From assembly GCA_038087875.1 (NCBI GenBank), contig CM075978.1:178064001-178128000 (forward strand): 64,000 nucleotides of DNA, read 5' to 3'. Each line of letters begins with the position of its first letter. The first letter of the stretch is position 1. This stretch comes from Malacoraja senta. Lineage: Eukaryota. A program made the translations under genes and the position numbers. The notes beneath the pieces are model-generated. The model saw nothing but the letters and a program-made list of their open reading frames with translations, was not told the origin of the DNA and did no database searches. Of this stretch, positions 51,978 through 64,000 are shown in pieces.

Positions 51978-52310
51978 GGGCAGCACAGCAACACATCTAA
52001 GAGACATTGCCGCACAGTGTCAGAGACCCAAGTTTAATCCTGACTTCTGTGTATGGATTTTGCATGTTCTTACTGTGAGAACATGCAAAATTCTCAGTTT
52101 CAGTTTCCAGTTTCCTTCTAATGCTAGAGTTTGATTGGTTAATTTGCCATTGTGAATTGCCCCTAGTATGTAGGTTAGTGGCAGCATCTGGGGGGAGTTA
52201 ATGAGAATGTGGCGTAAATAACATAGAAATAGTGTAAATGGATGGTGAATGGTCAACACAGAACCTGAAAGCCAAATAAACAGCTTGTTTCTATGCTGCA
52301 TCTCTCGGTG
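51978..52310 (+). mobile_element. Decayed HE1/V-SINE
   Basis: gtcagagacccaagtttaatcctgact head; tail tttctatgctgcatctct. Confidence 0.7.
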
Positions 52311-53399
52311 AAGCATGCACAGATATCGGCGTATACATGCACATGTACACCCAGCTGAACAAACCTGATGTCACAGGTATAGAGGGGTCTTTCGAGCTAT
52401 TTATAGGGCAATTGTCAGCCTGGAAACTATCCTCCAGCATCAGCCAGTGACATCGAAACGGGCGAAGGAAATTGAGGGGAAAAGACAAAGAAAGTCAGGG
52501 CATTCACTGGGAATCTGGCAAGCACACGCACTCGTTTCAGTGAAGCCGACACTGTGCCTTGCACATTGCCTTGCTTGGTTACATATGTCCCGTTAAATCA
52601 GAGTTTCCAGTAGCAGACACAAGACAGATACACTGGGTGTAAAAATAGGCGATTGGGATACCATCTATTGTAATCTGCGGCCGTCGGTTCTGATGCCTGA
52701 ACCTGCCAGTTGTGGACATGCGTGCACCCTCTGACTGCAGACTGGAAACAGTGACTTGATGGAGATGGAATTCATTGCCTGCTCCTGACATGAACTAGAC
52801 GGTGACACACAGAATTCTTCCCTGAAATTCCACATATGCTCCATGCTATTCCGAACACATTACATCACATCCTGAACTCACCAGTTTAAATTTGAACATA
52901 ACCCTGTCCTATTTTATTCCCCTCTGTTTGTCTCGTCCTTCCCTCGGGACAGATGATTTAAAAAAAGGAGCCAGTAGGTTAAGCTGAGGCCACCCGCTGT
53001 CTATCCAACGACTCAGAGGATCAGAGTGAGTGGAAATGAGGGGAAGCTCTGATCCTCAGCGCCATGTGCTTCAGACCACCGACCAGCTGCGACCAATTCA
53101 TCAGGTTCGTCCGTTCAAAGCAGGCTGCTCCTCAACCGTAAATCAGTGCTGAGCAACTGCAGGCCGCAGTGTTTGTGAGGGGGGGAGGGTCAAAAGTAAC
53201 CGGCTGGGGCTGGAAGAACCATGGCTGAATATTTTGTGTTCTGTGCAAACCCGTGGCTACTTACGCATGTGGTGACTTGTGATGTAACTCTACCTACGTC
53301 CTGTGTTTCTACAATTGCAGCTGCCAATCTAAAATCCATCAATCCCAGTTTTGAAGGGTACTTTTGAAGCCAATTCAAAGAGATGAATCGATATCTCCA

Positions 53400-54200
53400 C
53401 AGGCCATTGGTTATGGAGTCACATGACCCTGAAATAGGCACTTCGGCCCTCCAAATTCATACCGACCATCAACTACCCTTTTGCATTAATCCTATGCTAA
53501 TCCCATTTTTTGTCTGACATTTCCATCGACTTCGCCTAGATTCTAACACTCACTTACAGACCAGGGGGAATTTACAGTGGCCAATTAAAGTACCAAGTGG
53601 ATTTCCCCCAGGTGCTCTGGTTTCCTCCCACATTGGTAGGCTAATTGGCCACTGTAAATTGGGTGTCCTGCATGGGTGGGCTGGTCGAATTGATGGGAAT
53701 ATGGGGTGAATTAATGGAGCTTAGTGTTAATGTAAATGGGTGTTTGATGATCATTGGGGACTCATTGGGCCAAAGAGCCTGTTTCCACGTGACTATGGGT
53801 CCATCCATGATGCAGGATTGAATGCTGGTTCAGGCCAGCATGTCCTTGTCATAGGGTCATGTTCATAAGTGATAGGAGCAGAATTAGGCCATTCAGCCCA
53901 TCATGTACTCCACCATTCAATCATGGCTGATCTATCTCCCCTCCTAATCCCGTTCTCCTGCCTTCTCCCCATAACCCCTAACACCCGTACTAATCAATAA
54001 TCTATCTATCTCTGCCTTAAAAATATCAATTGACTTAGCCTCCACAACCTTCTGTGGCAAATAATTCCACAGATTCACCACTCTCCAGCTAAAGAAATTC
54101 CTCCCCTTCTCCTTCCTAAAGGAACGTCCTTTAATTTTGAGGCTGTGACCGAGACTCTCCCACCAGTGGAAACCTCCTCTCCACACCCACTCTGTCCAGG
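53400..54200. mobile_element. SINE fragments (53400-53790) and a CR1 3' fragment (-, 53860-54200)
   Basis: GHSLKIKGRSFRKE...NFFSWRVVNLWN. Confidence 0.8.
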
Positions 54201-55819
54201 ATAGCTGCAATTCCTGGCATTCTGTTGGTGCCTATGCTGCTGTCCAGTTCATCCAGCTTGGATCCTACATGCATGGTGAGAATGTGGCATCTGATTAATG
54301 GACCAAAGCTGCCTGAGCTCATCTCCAAGTCCACCTGCAAACCCCTCCACTACATCAGCAGGTCAGGCAAGGGCATCTGAAAAAACTGGCACTGTGAATC
54401 CAAAATGGTGACAGGCTGATGCTGGTGTGAATTGTGTCATGTTTGGTGCAGGTTGTGTCATGTTGATTCGGTGGGGTAACCTGCCGTTCAGCTGAAGTGG
54501 ATGCTGGGCTGATCACTACCGTCATAAGTGCAATGGAGTGAGGAATTAAGATTGCATTTTTTGAAACTGTGATGAATTATTCCTTCTCATAAACGTTACT
54601 CAGAAGGGAGCTACCAATATTGCTTTCTATAATTCTCTTTCTCTACTCTTTCTTCGTCTTCCTTCCACTATTCCCATTCCTTTCCTTTCCCGCTCCCCAA
54701 ATGCAACACAAAGAGCCAGATTGCATGCCTTGCATCACCCATGGTTCTCGATTCACCTGCGTGCACTGCCTCTTGATGTCTTCTAAGATAGTAGGACGTG
54801 AATTGGGTCACCAGGCTTCAGTTAACTCCCCAATGGTTACAATAATATTGCAGTCCTGCAGTGCAGTTTGTGGTTGCAGAATGTCATTTCTAATTGAGAT
54901 TCCGAGGCAAAGCCGTCTCCTGACACAGCTCCTCTCCGAGTTGGCTGAAGGAAGAATGATTCCTGAGATCCTTGATGGATGTGGCTTCCTACTTTCTTCC
55001 ACTCCATCCTTCAGGTATTCCTACTGTCCCCATTCTGCAATGATGCTGGACCAATTCTGACAGCAACATGCTTTGGCAGAAATTCTCCAAGGAGCACTTC
55101 TTCAAGACCTTTGCAACTGCAGCTCCGACCACAGTGCCCATCACCACCAACCCTCCATTTAATCAATCACCTATTAATATGTCAGTGACTGAACACCATC
55201 AGGTGGGGACGTTTTCCCTGGTGCGATGATTGGATCTATGCCATCTAACACTGGGTGGGTTCTCGAGGTCCATTGGTGGCTCTGGTGCCAAATCAATTTA
55301 CACAAGGCTTGACACAGGTCTGGTATCTGGGACCATTGCTCACATTACTACTCATCTGAAAACGAAAAATACGTTGGTGAACATTATGAATAGATTCAGC
55401 TAAACCGACATCTGTAACAGTCAAACAGCGTGCCAATGTGGAAGCCAATTCTGTGGTGCTGACTTTCCTCTGCCCACTATTTGGATATTAAACAGGCATT
55501 CACCCATGATCGATAGATCATCAACCTCTCCTTGCCTTTTGCAGACTGTCAACCATTTTGCAATGATCTATGATTGTTGCAAATTGAAACTATATTCAGG
55601 CAGCTATCAGGGTGAATGCTAGAAGCTCAGTACTGAAGAGAAATCATCACTTTAAACCTTTTTCACTCAAACATCACTTTGGCATGTTACTTTGAAAAGC
55701 ACATCAGTCAGCAAAAAACAAATTTAAAATGCATGTCTTAAGACAAAGGGAAATGTCCCAGAAAACTGACTTAATTTTATTCACAGTAATAATAATCCAT
55801 TACAATATTTGCATTTTAC

Positions 55820-55964
55820 NNNNNNNNNNNNNNNNNNNNNNNNNNNNNNNNNNNNNNNNNNNNNNNNNNNNNNNNNNNNNNNNNNNNNNNNNNNNNNNNN
55901 NNNNNNNNNNNNNNNNNNNNNNNNNNNNNNNNNNNNNNNNNNNNNNNNNNNNNNNNNNNNNNNN
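55820..55964. other. Assembly gap
   Basis: Run of N. Confidence 0.99.
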
Positions 55965-55969
55965 CTTGC

Positions 55970-56400
55970 ACATACGCGGAGGAGATTCACCAGGATGTTG
56001 CCTGGGATAAAGCATTTCAGTTACAAAGAGAGACTAGAAAGGCTACGTTTTTTTTGCCTGGAGTGGACGAGGTTAAGACAGAGGTGTAGAAACTTAGGAG
56101 GTATAGAGATAGGGCAGACTGCGGGAAATATTTTCCCAATGAGAGGTAGTTAAAATTATAAGATGTAGATTTAAGGTTTTGTCTAAGATATTTAGAGGAG
56201 TGAATACCTGGAATGTGTTCCCTGAGAGAGTGGTGAAAGCATAGTTGCTGACAGCATTTGAGAAGTGTCTAGATAAGCGATTGAATTGCCCAAGCATTGA
56301 GGGCTACGGGCCAAGTGCTGGCATATGAGTTAAATACAGATAGGAGCTACAATATAGACATTGTGGGCCGAATAGCTGTTTCCATGCTGTATGATTCCAT
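55970..56400 (+). mobile_element. CR1 3' fragment
   Basis: RRFTRMLPGIKHFSYKERLERL. Confidence 0.85.
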
Positions 56401-57212
56401 GACTCGATAACAATGCAGACTGCACTGACATGATCATATCATATTAATGGACACAATTTCAAAGACTGAAGCTTGACTAAGAAACTCACTTGTACAAGAA
56501 CCTTGACATAGTTCAAAACAATTTCCAGTTTTGCAAATGGCTGTCCTTCGGAAAGATCGATTGCCTTGCACTGATGACCCAAGAATAGCGTGCTGCTCAC
56601 ATTTGTCAGCTTTTAGCATACCAAGTGAAGACAACTGCCAGAATCGTCTGAAAGATGGTAGCGTATAATCCACACAAGGCAGTGACTATTCCTTCAATTG
56701 TCTAGTGATAGTACACGTCTTGCATCACTACTGTAACTACTTGGCTTCAATGTCCAGCATTGGAAAGTCCTTACTTTGATATCAAAAATGTTTTAATGAT
56801 TTTCCTCTTGCCTCTGAAACATTGATTCTAACCCAGCCAATACTGCAACTACCCTCTCCTCGAGAATCTGATCTGAAGTTAGTTTGCAGCAATTCCTATC
56901 CATGCAGCTGAAAATAAAACAATTGCAGATGGTGGAGTCTGAAATACAAAACAGAAAGCGGTGAAAACACACAGCAGGTTAGGCATTATCTGTGGAGAAA
57001 GAGAAACAGAGGATGTTTCATGTTGAAGATCTGCTGTTGAAAAAAAAATCTGTTATTATGTCTTTTGCATCACCAACAAATGCTTGATAAAGCATTTCCA
57101 AGAAAGGTCTTCAAACTGAAACTCACAACAAATGCTGCCTGACACTGAGTATTTCCAGGATAGACACAAAAAGCTGGAGTGGATCAGACAGCATTTTTGG
57201 AGAAAAAGAAAA

Positions 57213-57246
57213 AGTGACGTTTCGGGTCGAGACCCTTCTTCAGACT
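57213..57246 (-). ncRNA. Best-preserved minimal hammerhead ribozyme motif
   Basis: rc: agt-CTGAAGA-a-gggt ctcg accc-GAAA-cg-TC-act; 3-bp helix I, helix II, ACGT palindrome, GUC triplet. Confidence 0.8.
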
Positions 57247-57499
57247 GAGTCAGGTGGAAGGGAAACAGTCGGTGATATAGAACAAATGAATGAAAGATAT
57301 GAGGAACTGCCTCTACCTGAGATGAGGCTGAACAAATACTGATCTCTCTTTGCAACTTGGCAATATCTGATTGAGGTCCAGACTTAGCTTACTTCCATCT
57401 TAGTGGATTTTTACCACTTGGTGAACCAGAAGGGTTGAAGAATAAGACTTCATTATTTGAACACTTGATGAGAAAAGGGGAGAAAGGAATTTGTGTAAG

Positions 57500-60090
57500 A
57501 AAAACATTGGCAAACCTATGTTGAATAGCAGATACAGAAAGACATTATTATCCGTATGTTGTTGGATTGGGGAAGGGGGAGGTATAATGAGACCAGGGTG
57601 TCCTTGTATCCAATTGCTGAAAGCAAGTATTCAAAGGCAGTAAATTCTTGGGTGAGAAAATGGTACATTGGTGTTCATTGCCAGGGGATTAGAGTACCGG
57701 AAGATGTGTTGCCGCAGTTGCGTGGAGCCTTGGTGAGGTCCATTTGCAATTGTGGTCTCCTTAATGAGAGAAAAGATGGAACAAAATTTTATTGGACTGA
57801 TTGCTGAGTTGGTAGGACTGACCTCTGAGGAAGGATTGGGTAGTACATGCTTATGTTTACTAGAGTACCCAATACTAAGACAGGATCTTACCAAAACCTA
57901 GAAAGAGAATGATCCCAGACACTGGAGAGTCCAAAACAGGGTTACAACATCACGATACAAGGGTGTGACCTATAGAACCTGTATCATAAGAATGTCCTTC
58001 ATAAAAGAGTGGTGAACCTGTGGAATTTGCTGCCATGGAAGGTAGTGGAGGTCGTCATTAAAATATCCATAAGGAATGGGATATATTTCATTGTTCCACG
58101 GGATCACGGATATTGTAGGTGGGAAGGTGCTGGTGGATGGCCAGTATGATCATATTGGGTGATGGAGCAGGTCCAAAAGACTATTGCTCCACTTCAGACG
58201 CTCCCCATCTCCTCATTCAAACCCAGCAGTGTGATATGTCATTCCCTTCTACCTCATTTACTTGCAGAACCGCCCATTTAATCAATACAGCTCACCTCAA
58301 CTTTCAATATGGGAAATAATTCCATCACCAGCCTTTAGAAAAATAAGTTTATTCCGAATTTCCCATTGGATTTCCGGGTCACTATCTGATATTGATATCT
58401 CTAGTTAATCCCTTCACCATTCATGAAAACGTTTCATCTCACCTTCCCTGTCAAAAGCTATCACAATTTCAAAAGCTCCTATGATGGTATGTGGATGGGA
58501 GAGCTTTGGAGGGATATGGTCCAGTCACAGGCAAGTGGGATCAGTTCAGTTAGGCAACTTGGTCGGCAGGGGTGAGTTGGGCTGAAGGGCCTGTTTAAGC
58601 GGGGTATAGCTCAGTGACTTTAAGCCACCTCTCTGACTTTTCCCAAGAGAAATGAAAACCTTGGCTACTCACTCAAGTAAGCGAAAAGACAAAAGGACAG
58701 AGTTGTTTTCTGATGAAAGTGTTATTTCACCAAGCTCCAAACCTACATTGAGACCAAACTGGAACAGGTGATAAGAACCTGGATTGTATTCTCCAGAATG
58801 ATTGACATATTGTTGCAAATGTACCAAACATTGATTGGGATGCACTTGGAGAATTGTGTTTGCCACATTATAGGTAAGACATGGTAATCATAGACAAAGC
58901 ATACAGAAGAGATTCACCAGGATGTTCTCTGGAATCGAGAGTTATTGTTATAAGGAGAGATTGGATGAGCTGGATTTAATCTCAAAAGCCTGTGGTTCTG
59001 ACTCTTTATGCCTGTCATAATTTAAATATTTCTACCAGGTCTCCCCTCATCTTGCAATGCTCCAGAAGAACAATCCGTTTGTCCAACCTCTCCTTATAGC
59101 TAATACCCTCTAATCCAGGCAGCATTTTGTTCTGCACCCAAAGCCTTCACATCCTTCCTACAATGGAGCAAGCAGAACTGCACACAATACACCAAGTATG
59201 GCCAAAGTCTGATAAAACTGCAACAGGACTTGCTGACTCTTACATTCAATGCCCTGACCAATGAAAGCAAGCATGTCATATGGCTTATTTACCACTGTAT
59301 CTACTTGTGTTGCCACTTTCAGGGAGCTAAGAACTTGGACCCTAAGATCCCTCTGTACATCAATGCTGTCAAGGGTCTTGCTATTAACTGTACACTTTCC
59401 CTTTACATTCAACCTCCCAGAGTACAACACCGCATACTTGCTTGGTTGAAACTCAATCTGTCATTTCTCCGCCGATATCTGTAAATGATCTACATCACCT
59501 CTGGGTCCTTTTGACAGCCTTCCTCACTGTCCACAACTCTCCAATTTTGGTGTTGCCTGCACACTTACCACCCATTTCCATCCGAATCGTAACGGCAGAG
59601 ATACCAGCATAGATCCCCACGGAACACCACGGGTCACAGGCCTTCAGGCAAAATAACACCCTTCCACCACGATCCTGTCTTCTATGCTTAAACCAGTTAC
59701 GGGAGTAAGATCATCCCGTGAACGGAAGGCTCGAGGCCCCCGACCGCTGGAGGACAAAGAAGGGAAGAGATTGAACTTTTTTTTTTGCCTTCCATCACAG
59801 AGAGGAATGTGGAGGAGTCACTGTGGTGGATGTTTATGTTAAAATGTATTTTGGGTGATCTGTTGCTTTTTATTTGTATGACAGACTTGGCAAATGAAAT
59901 TCCTCGTATGTTGCAAAACATACTTGGCTAATAAAGTATTATTGTATTGTATTGTAAAATAATCACCATGGATCCCATGCATCTTAATCTTCTGGATTAG
60001 CCTACCACGAGGGACTTCATCAAATTCCTTGCAAAAATCCATGTAGTCAACATCCACTGCCTGACCCTCATCAATCCCCTTCATCACCTC
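57500..60090. mobile_element. CR1 fragments (57500-58180 +, 58830-58980 +, 59005-60090 -)
   Basis: QRDLRVQV...ATQVD; VDVDYMDFCKEFDEVPRGRL. Confidence 0.8.
59699..59955 (+). mobile_element. Short non-LTR/SINE-like 3' end inserted in CR1
   Basis: Interrupts the CR1 RT; ends aataaag(tattg)n. Confidence 0.65.
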
Positions 60091-60734
60091 AAAAAACGAT
60101 CGAGTGAGTAAGTCATTAAGTTATTTTTCAAATTGTTTATTATATGATATACTCATTGTGCAGGGAAGGTTTTGATTGATTTCTCTGAATAATCAGTAAT
60201 AACGTAACATTTTGGATGGCGTAACTAGGCCTTGGGAAACCACAACTCTTCTCAGTCAGTCCGAAAAGAATTGCTTGAGTTTAAATCAACAGAATTCTGC
60301 AGGGACAAACTTTCTCTCTGGATTGGAAGATTGAGTGCAGAAAATAAATTAAATAAAATGAGGTGAAGAGAAGGCACCATTTTTCATTCCATATGAGGCT
60401 CGTGCAAGTTGTCGCAATTCAAGTGAATGGCTCCAATCATACCTGTTGCTCTGGTATGTTTCATCTTGATGCAGAAAAAGGTATCTGATGATTCATACTA
60501 AACCTTGCCTTGCCTAGTTTTACCTCAATCTGCCTCTGGAGAGATTGAAGGAACTCAATTGCAAACGGCACGCATACCCAGTTTAGGTCACAATATTAGT
60601 GTTACTCTCCTGGGTTATCTGATCATAGAGCAGTGAGTCACTTCCCATAATAATTCCCTTAGATGATTCCTGGGACTGGCAGACAGCTTCTGGAGGTATC
60701 TGTGCCAAACCTACACTGCAGCAAAACTGTCTAG

Positions 60735-61010
60735 AGTCATAGTCATAAGTGTGGAAACAAGCCCTTTGGCCCAAATTGCCCACGTCGACCAACGTGTCCT
60801 ATTTCACGTCCCACTTACCTGTGTTTGGCTCATATCCCTTTAAACCTGTTCTATCCATGTACCTGTCTAATTGCTTCTTAAACATTGTGATAGTGCCTGC
60901 CTCAACTACCTCCACTGGCAGCTTGTTCCATACACCCACAACTCTTTGTGTGAAAAAGTTACCCCTCAGATTCCTATAAAATCTTACCCCCATCACCTTA
61001 AACCTATGCC
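60735..61010 (-). mobile_element. CR1 3' tail
   Basis: NLRGNFFTQRVVGVWNKLP. Confidence 0.9.
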
Positions 61011-61829
61011 AACTGGGAAAAACTTAGCAGGCCAGATAGTATCTTTGGAGAGAAATGGATGGATGAAGAAGGGTCCCAACCCAAAATGTTGCCTGTCCAT
61101 TTTCCCCCACAGATGCTGCTTGATCTGCTGAGTTCCTCCAGCATTTTATTATCTGCAGTTCTTTTTATCTTTCTACACTCGTCCATGAGCAAGAGCCACC
61201 CACACACAAGCTTGTGCCGAACAGGTTGCAGCAAAACCAGAACTTGTACTGCACAAGGGGTGGAAAAAAAATAATGAGCACTAAACAAGAACCACTGGAG
61301 CCACAAACGCATAAGAAACAACTTAATTTGAGCAGCATTTGATGTATTTTACGATGCCTCAAGCATAGGTGAATATTTTGGTAGACTTTGAAGAACCACT
61401 GATCTGTGTTCTGGACAGTTCAGAGATTCACTTACTATTAAGATTGAACGGTGCTGAGTGTGAGATGACGACTGATCCACTGTCTGCACATTTTTGCAGT
61501 GAAAACCCCTTGGCACAAGCGATAGAAAAAACAGATTAATGGCACATTTCAGCAGCTGCTCTGCTGAATGTAAAGCACTCCCATTTCCTCTGGGTCATAT
61601 TAAGGAATGTGTTCCTTGGCAGGGACCCTTTCCGCTAACTGATGGCTTTGTTCATTGTTTGCTTATGCGCCTGTGAAATGTTGTGACTGTTCAAAACTAC
61701 AACACGAGTGAACAAAAGGAAGAAAAAGCCAAGACAACAGGAGCTGGAACAGCCCAGTCATAATGGACTCTGTCCAGCAATATCTAGAACCACTTGAAAG
61801 TCTGAGAGTCTTTTCCCGAGTCCCATATT

Positions 61830-62310
61830 TGTCTTTTATTCCCCCTCTTTCCACTCCCACCTGTCCCCTTCCACCCCTTTTACATTTCACTCCTCCTCCC
61901 TTTTCCATATTCAACACCCTTTTGTCTCCTTTCCAGCTCTAGTCTTTGTCACTTACTCCACCCATCTTCTTCGTGCGTATGGCGTACACAGCCTGAATTT
62001 GCAAGACAACTTGTTCTGTTTGATCTTCTGTTTGTGCACGCCAGGTTAATTGTATTCGTCGAAACAGGGTGGACTACGTGAAGGTTGCAATCTCCCACCC
62101 CACTCCATCCATCAGCCAATTTTACTGTCCTCCTCACCTGTATCTACCTATCACTTGCCAGTCTCTGCATCGTCCACACTTCACTTCCAGCATTCTCCCC
62201 CCCCCCCTATTCCATCAGTCTGAAGGAGGATCTCCACCTGAAATATAGTCTGTCCATTCTCTCCACGGATGCTGTCTGACCACTCCGCTGAGTCCCTCCA
62301 ACACTTTGTT
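61830..62310 (+). mobile_element. Decayed Penelope 3' region/terminal repeat
   Basis: Pyrimidine-rich UTR like the rc of 26830-27060; cagtctgaaggaggatctccacctgaaat. Confidence 0.7.
61967..62101 (-). mobile_element. 135-bp retroposon with (GAA)n tail and 12-bp TSD
   Basis: actccacccatc (61955-61966) / actccatccatc (62102-62113); rc ends cacgaagaa. Confidence 0.7.
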
Positions 62311-62479
62311 TTTTCCCCATTTATGCTAATCCCATTTTATTTTCCAGACACTCCCATCAATTGCCCCAGATGCTACCACTCACTTACACACCTGGGGCAT
62401 TGAAAGAAAGTACCTGCCTCAAAATGCAAGCCTCAATGGCCCCACAATGTTCTTAATGTTCTTACAGCCAATCAAATAC

Positions 62480-62950
62480 TTTTCAATGCATTTGTTGTTT
62501 GAATATGGCCACATGTTATGAATATGAATACGATAAGAACACAGAACATGTTTACGCACAACAAACTCCTGCAAACTGCACTCTGATCAGGGACAAATAA
62601 TCTCCCTTGGTAGAAACAATGAACTATACATTCTGGTTTACACAAAGATACAGAAGGGTCAAGATCCAAAATGTCATCTATCCATGTTACTCCAGAGATG
62701 CTGCCTTTGCACTTCAGCACTTGTTCTTTTCATCTCCTTTGGTAATGTACGTAAGTGAACAATGTTCATGAGGACCCTCGGGATACCAACTTTGCTCCAT
62801 TTCCAATGGTGCAATTGGATGTTTTTTGTCCACCTGAGAGAATAAATGTGGCTTTGATTTAACATTATGTGTCTTTGACACAGCAGCACCTTCCCTCAGT
62901 GCTTGACTGTCAACATGGATTAGGTGCACGACTCTCAGGGGAGGGTCTGG
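62480..62950 (-). mobile_element. Ancient Deu-domain SINE (SacSINE1-like) remnant
   Basis: gtccacctgagag...tttaacatt...cagcaccttccctcagtgc resembles the reverse Deu-SINE consensus as I recall it. Confidence 0.55.
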
Positions 62951-63394
62951 GACAATAATGATCATACTCAGCCCAGAGACATGCTAACCAACGTTGTGGC
63001 TGACAGTTGGAGCTGTCCGAGTCCTATTGTTGGTGCGGTAGCTAATTCACAGTCACAGGTAACATGGGGAGTATGTTTCAGAAAGGAAACAATTAGATCA
63101 ATTTATTTCATGCTTACTACAACCCTGTTCACAAAAATGAAAGGATATCCTCAAAACTGGTTATATTTAGTATTCTTCACCCTGTCAATTCAACCATCGC
63201 AATTACTGTAACTAAGGCAACAAACTAACTCAGTAATAAGGTGCCTCAAATAAGCACTGCTTATTCCCATATACTTCACAGTTAACATTTTGCTGTTAAT
63301 TTATGGATATTAATGATCACCTTTGATGGAGGGTGATTACAGGTTCAGGTCCATAAACTGGTTTGGGTTAAATTATAGATAATTCTACAGTTCG

Positions 63395-63710
63395 TCAGAG
63401 GTTGAGGGGAGACCTGATTGAATTATATGAAATTATGAGAGGCATAGATAGCATAGAGAGTCCGAAGGCTAGGGGGTATAGATTTAAAATCAGGGGGAAA
63501 GTTTAAAGGAGATGTGCAGGGCAGGTTTTTTACTCATAGAGTGGTGGGTGCCTGGTACATGCTGTCGAGGGTGGTGGTTGAAGCAGTTAAGATAGTGGCT
63601 GGTGAATATGCAGGGAATGGAGAGATATGGATCACATGCATGCAGTTTAACTTGGTATAATGTTTGGCCCAGACATCTTGGGCTGAAGGGCTGTTGCTGT
63701 GCTGTCCTAT
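63395..63710 (+). mobile_element. CR1 3' fragment
   Basis: gaggttgaggggagacctgattgaa...agagtggtgggtgcctgg. Confidence 0.85.
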
Positions 63711-64000
63711 TCAACGTTTTTATAACTACACTGGCATTAATGAATTCCGTAGTAATTTGTCTCAGTGGATGTTATGTTGTTGCACAGGAAATATTTTTGG
63801 TAATGTATTATATTAGCCCCAGTTGGAGTTTTTTATGTAAAAGATTTGCGGAGTGGCTGAAGGATGTTATACAGCAAAGTAGTATCAGGCAGTGAATGGA
63901 CTATGTAATAAATCAGACAGCTGATTGGAGTGAGCTGTGGAATACATCAGCACACAGGATGGAGTGCGTGAGTAACAGATTAGAACACTAGGTAGAATGG

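Noticed and set aside
55729-56153. ORFs spanning the N run
   Set aside because: Artefacts of the assembly gap.
56497-56612. Possible - strand exon (QCKAIDLSEGQPFAKLEIVLNYVKVLVQ, then gtgagt)
   Set aside because: Weak acceptor, in-frame stop just upstream, no recognisable protein and no partner exons.

Overview
Repeat-dense vertebrate non-coding DNA, most likely from a cartilaginous fish such as a skate or ray (inferred from HE1-type V-SINEs with CR1-type tails, SacSINE1/Deu remnants and the LINE families present). I recognise no host protein-coding exon, rRNA, tRNA gene or CRISPR array. Nearly all listed ORFs are transposon fragments or chance ORFs. Contents: many CR1 LINE fragments (one near full length, 16045-20220, split by an L1), about 15 HE1-like SINEs, Penelope-like elements (PLEs), Rex1/Babar and L2 fragments, an old Gypsy pol relic, a non-autonomous tRNA-Trp-primed LTR element, an IR/DR Tc1, a Tigger-like MITE, three PIF/Harbinger elements, two TIR elements with atypical 6- and 7-bp TSDs, and an assembly gap (55820-55964). 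The most striking signal is a dispersed family of short PLE terminal-repeat units carrying a minimal hammerhead ribozyme motif (CTGANGA-helix II-GAAA-CG-TH), seen more than 12 times on both strands. Some are inverted pairs, and two have their own 12-14 bp target-site duplications, which suggests non-coding, ribozyme-bearing retroelements. Everything was read by eye; boundaries not anchored on TIRs or TSDs are approximate.
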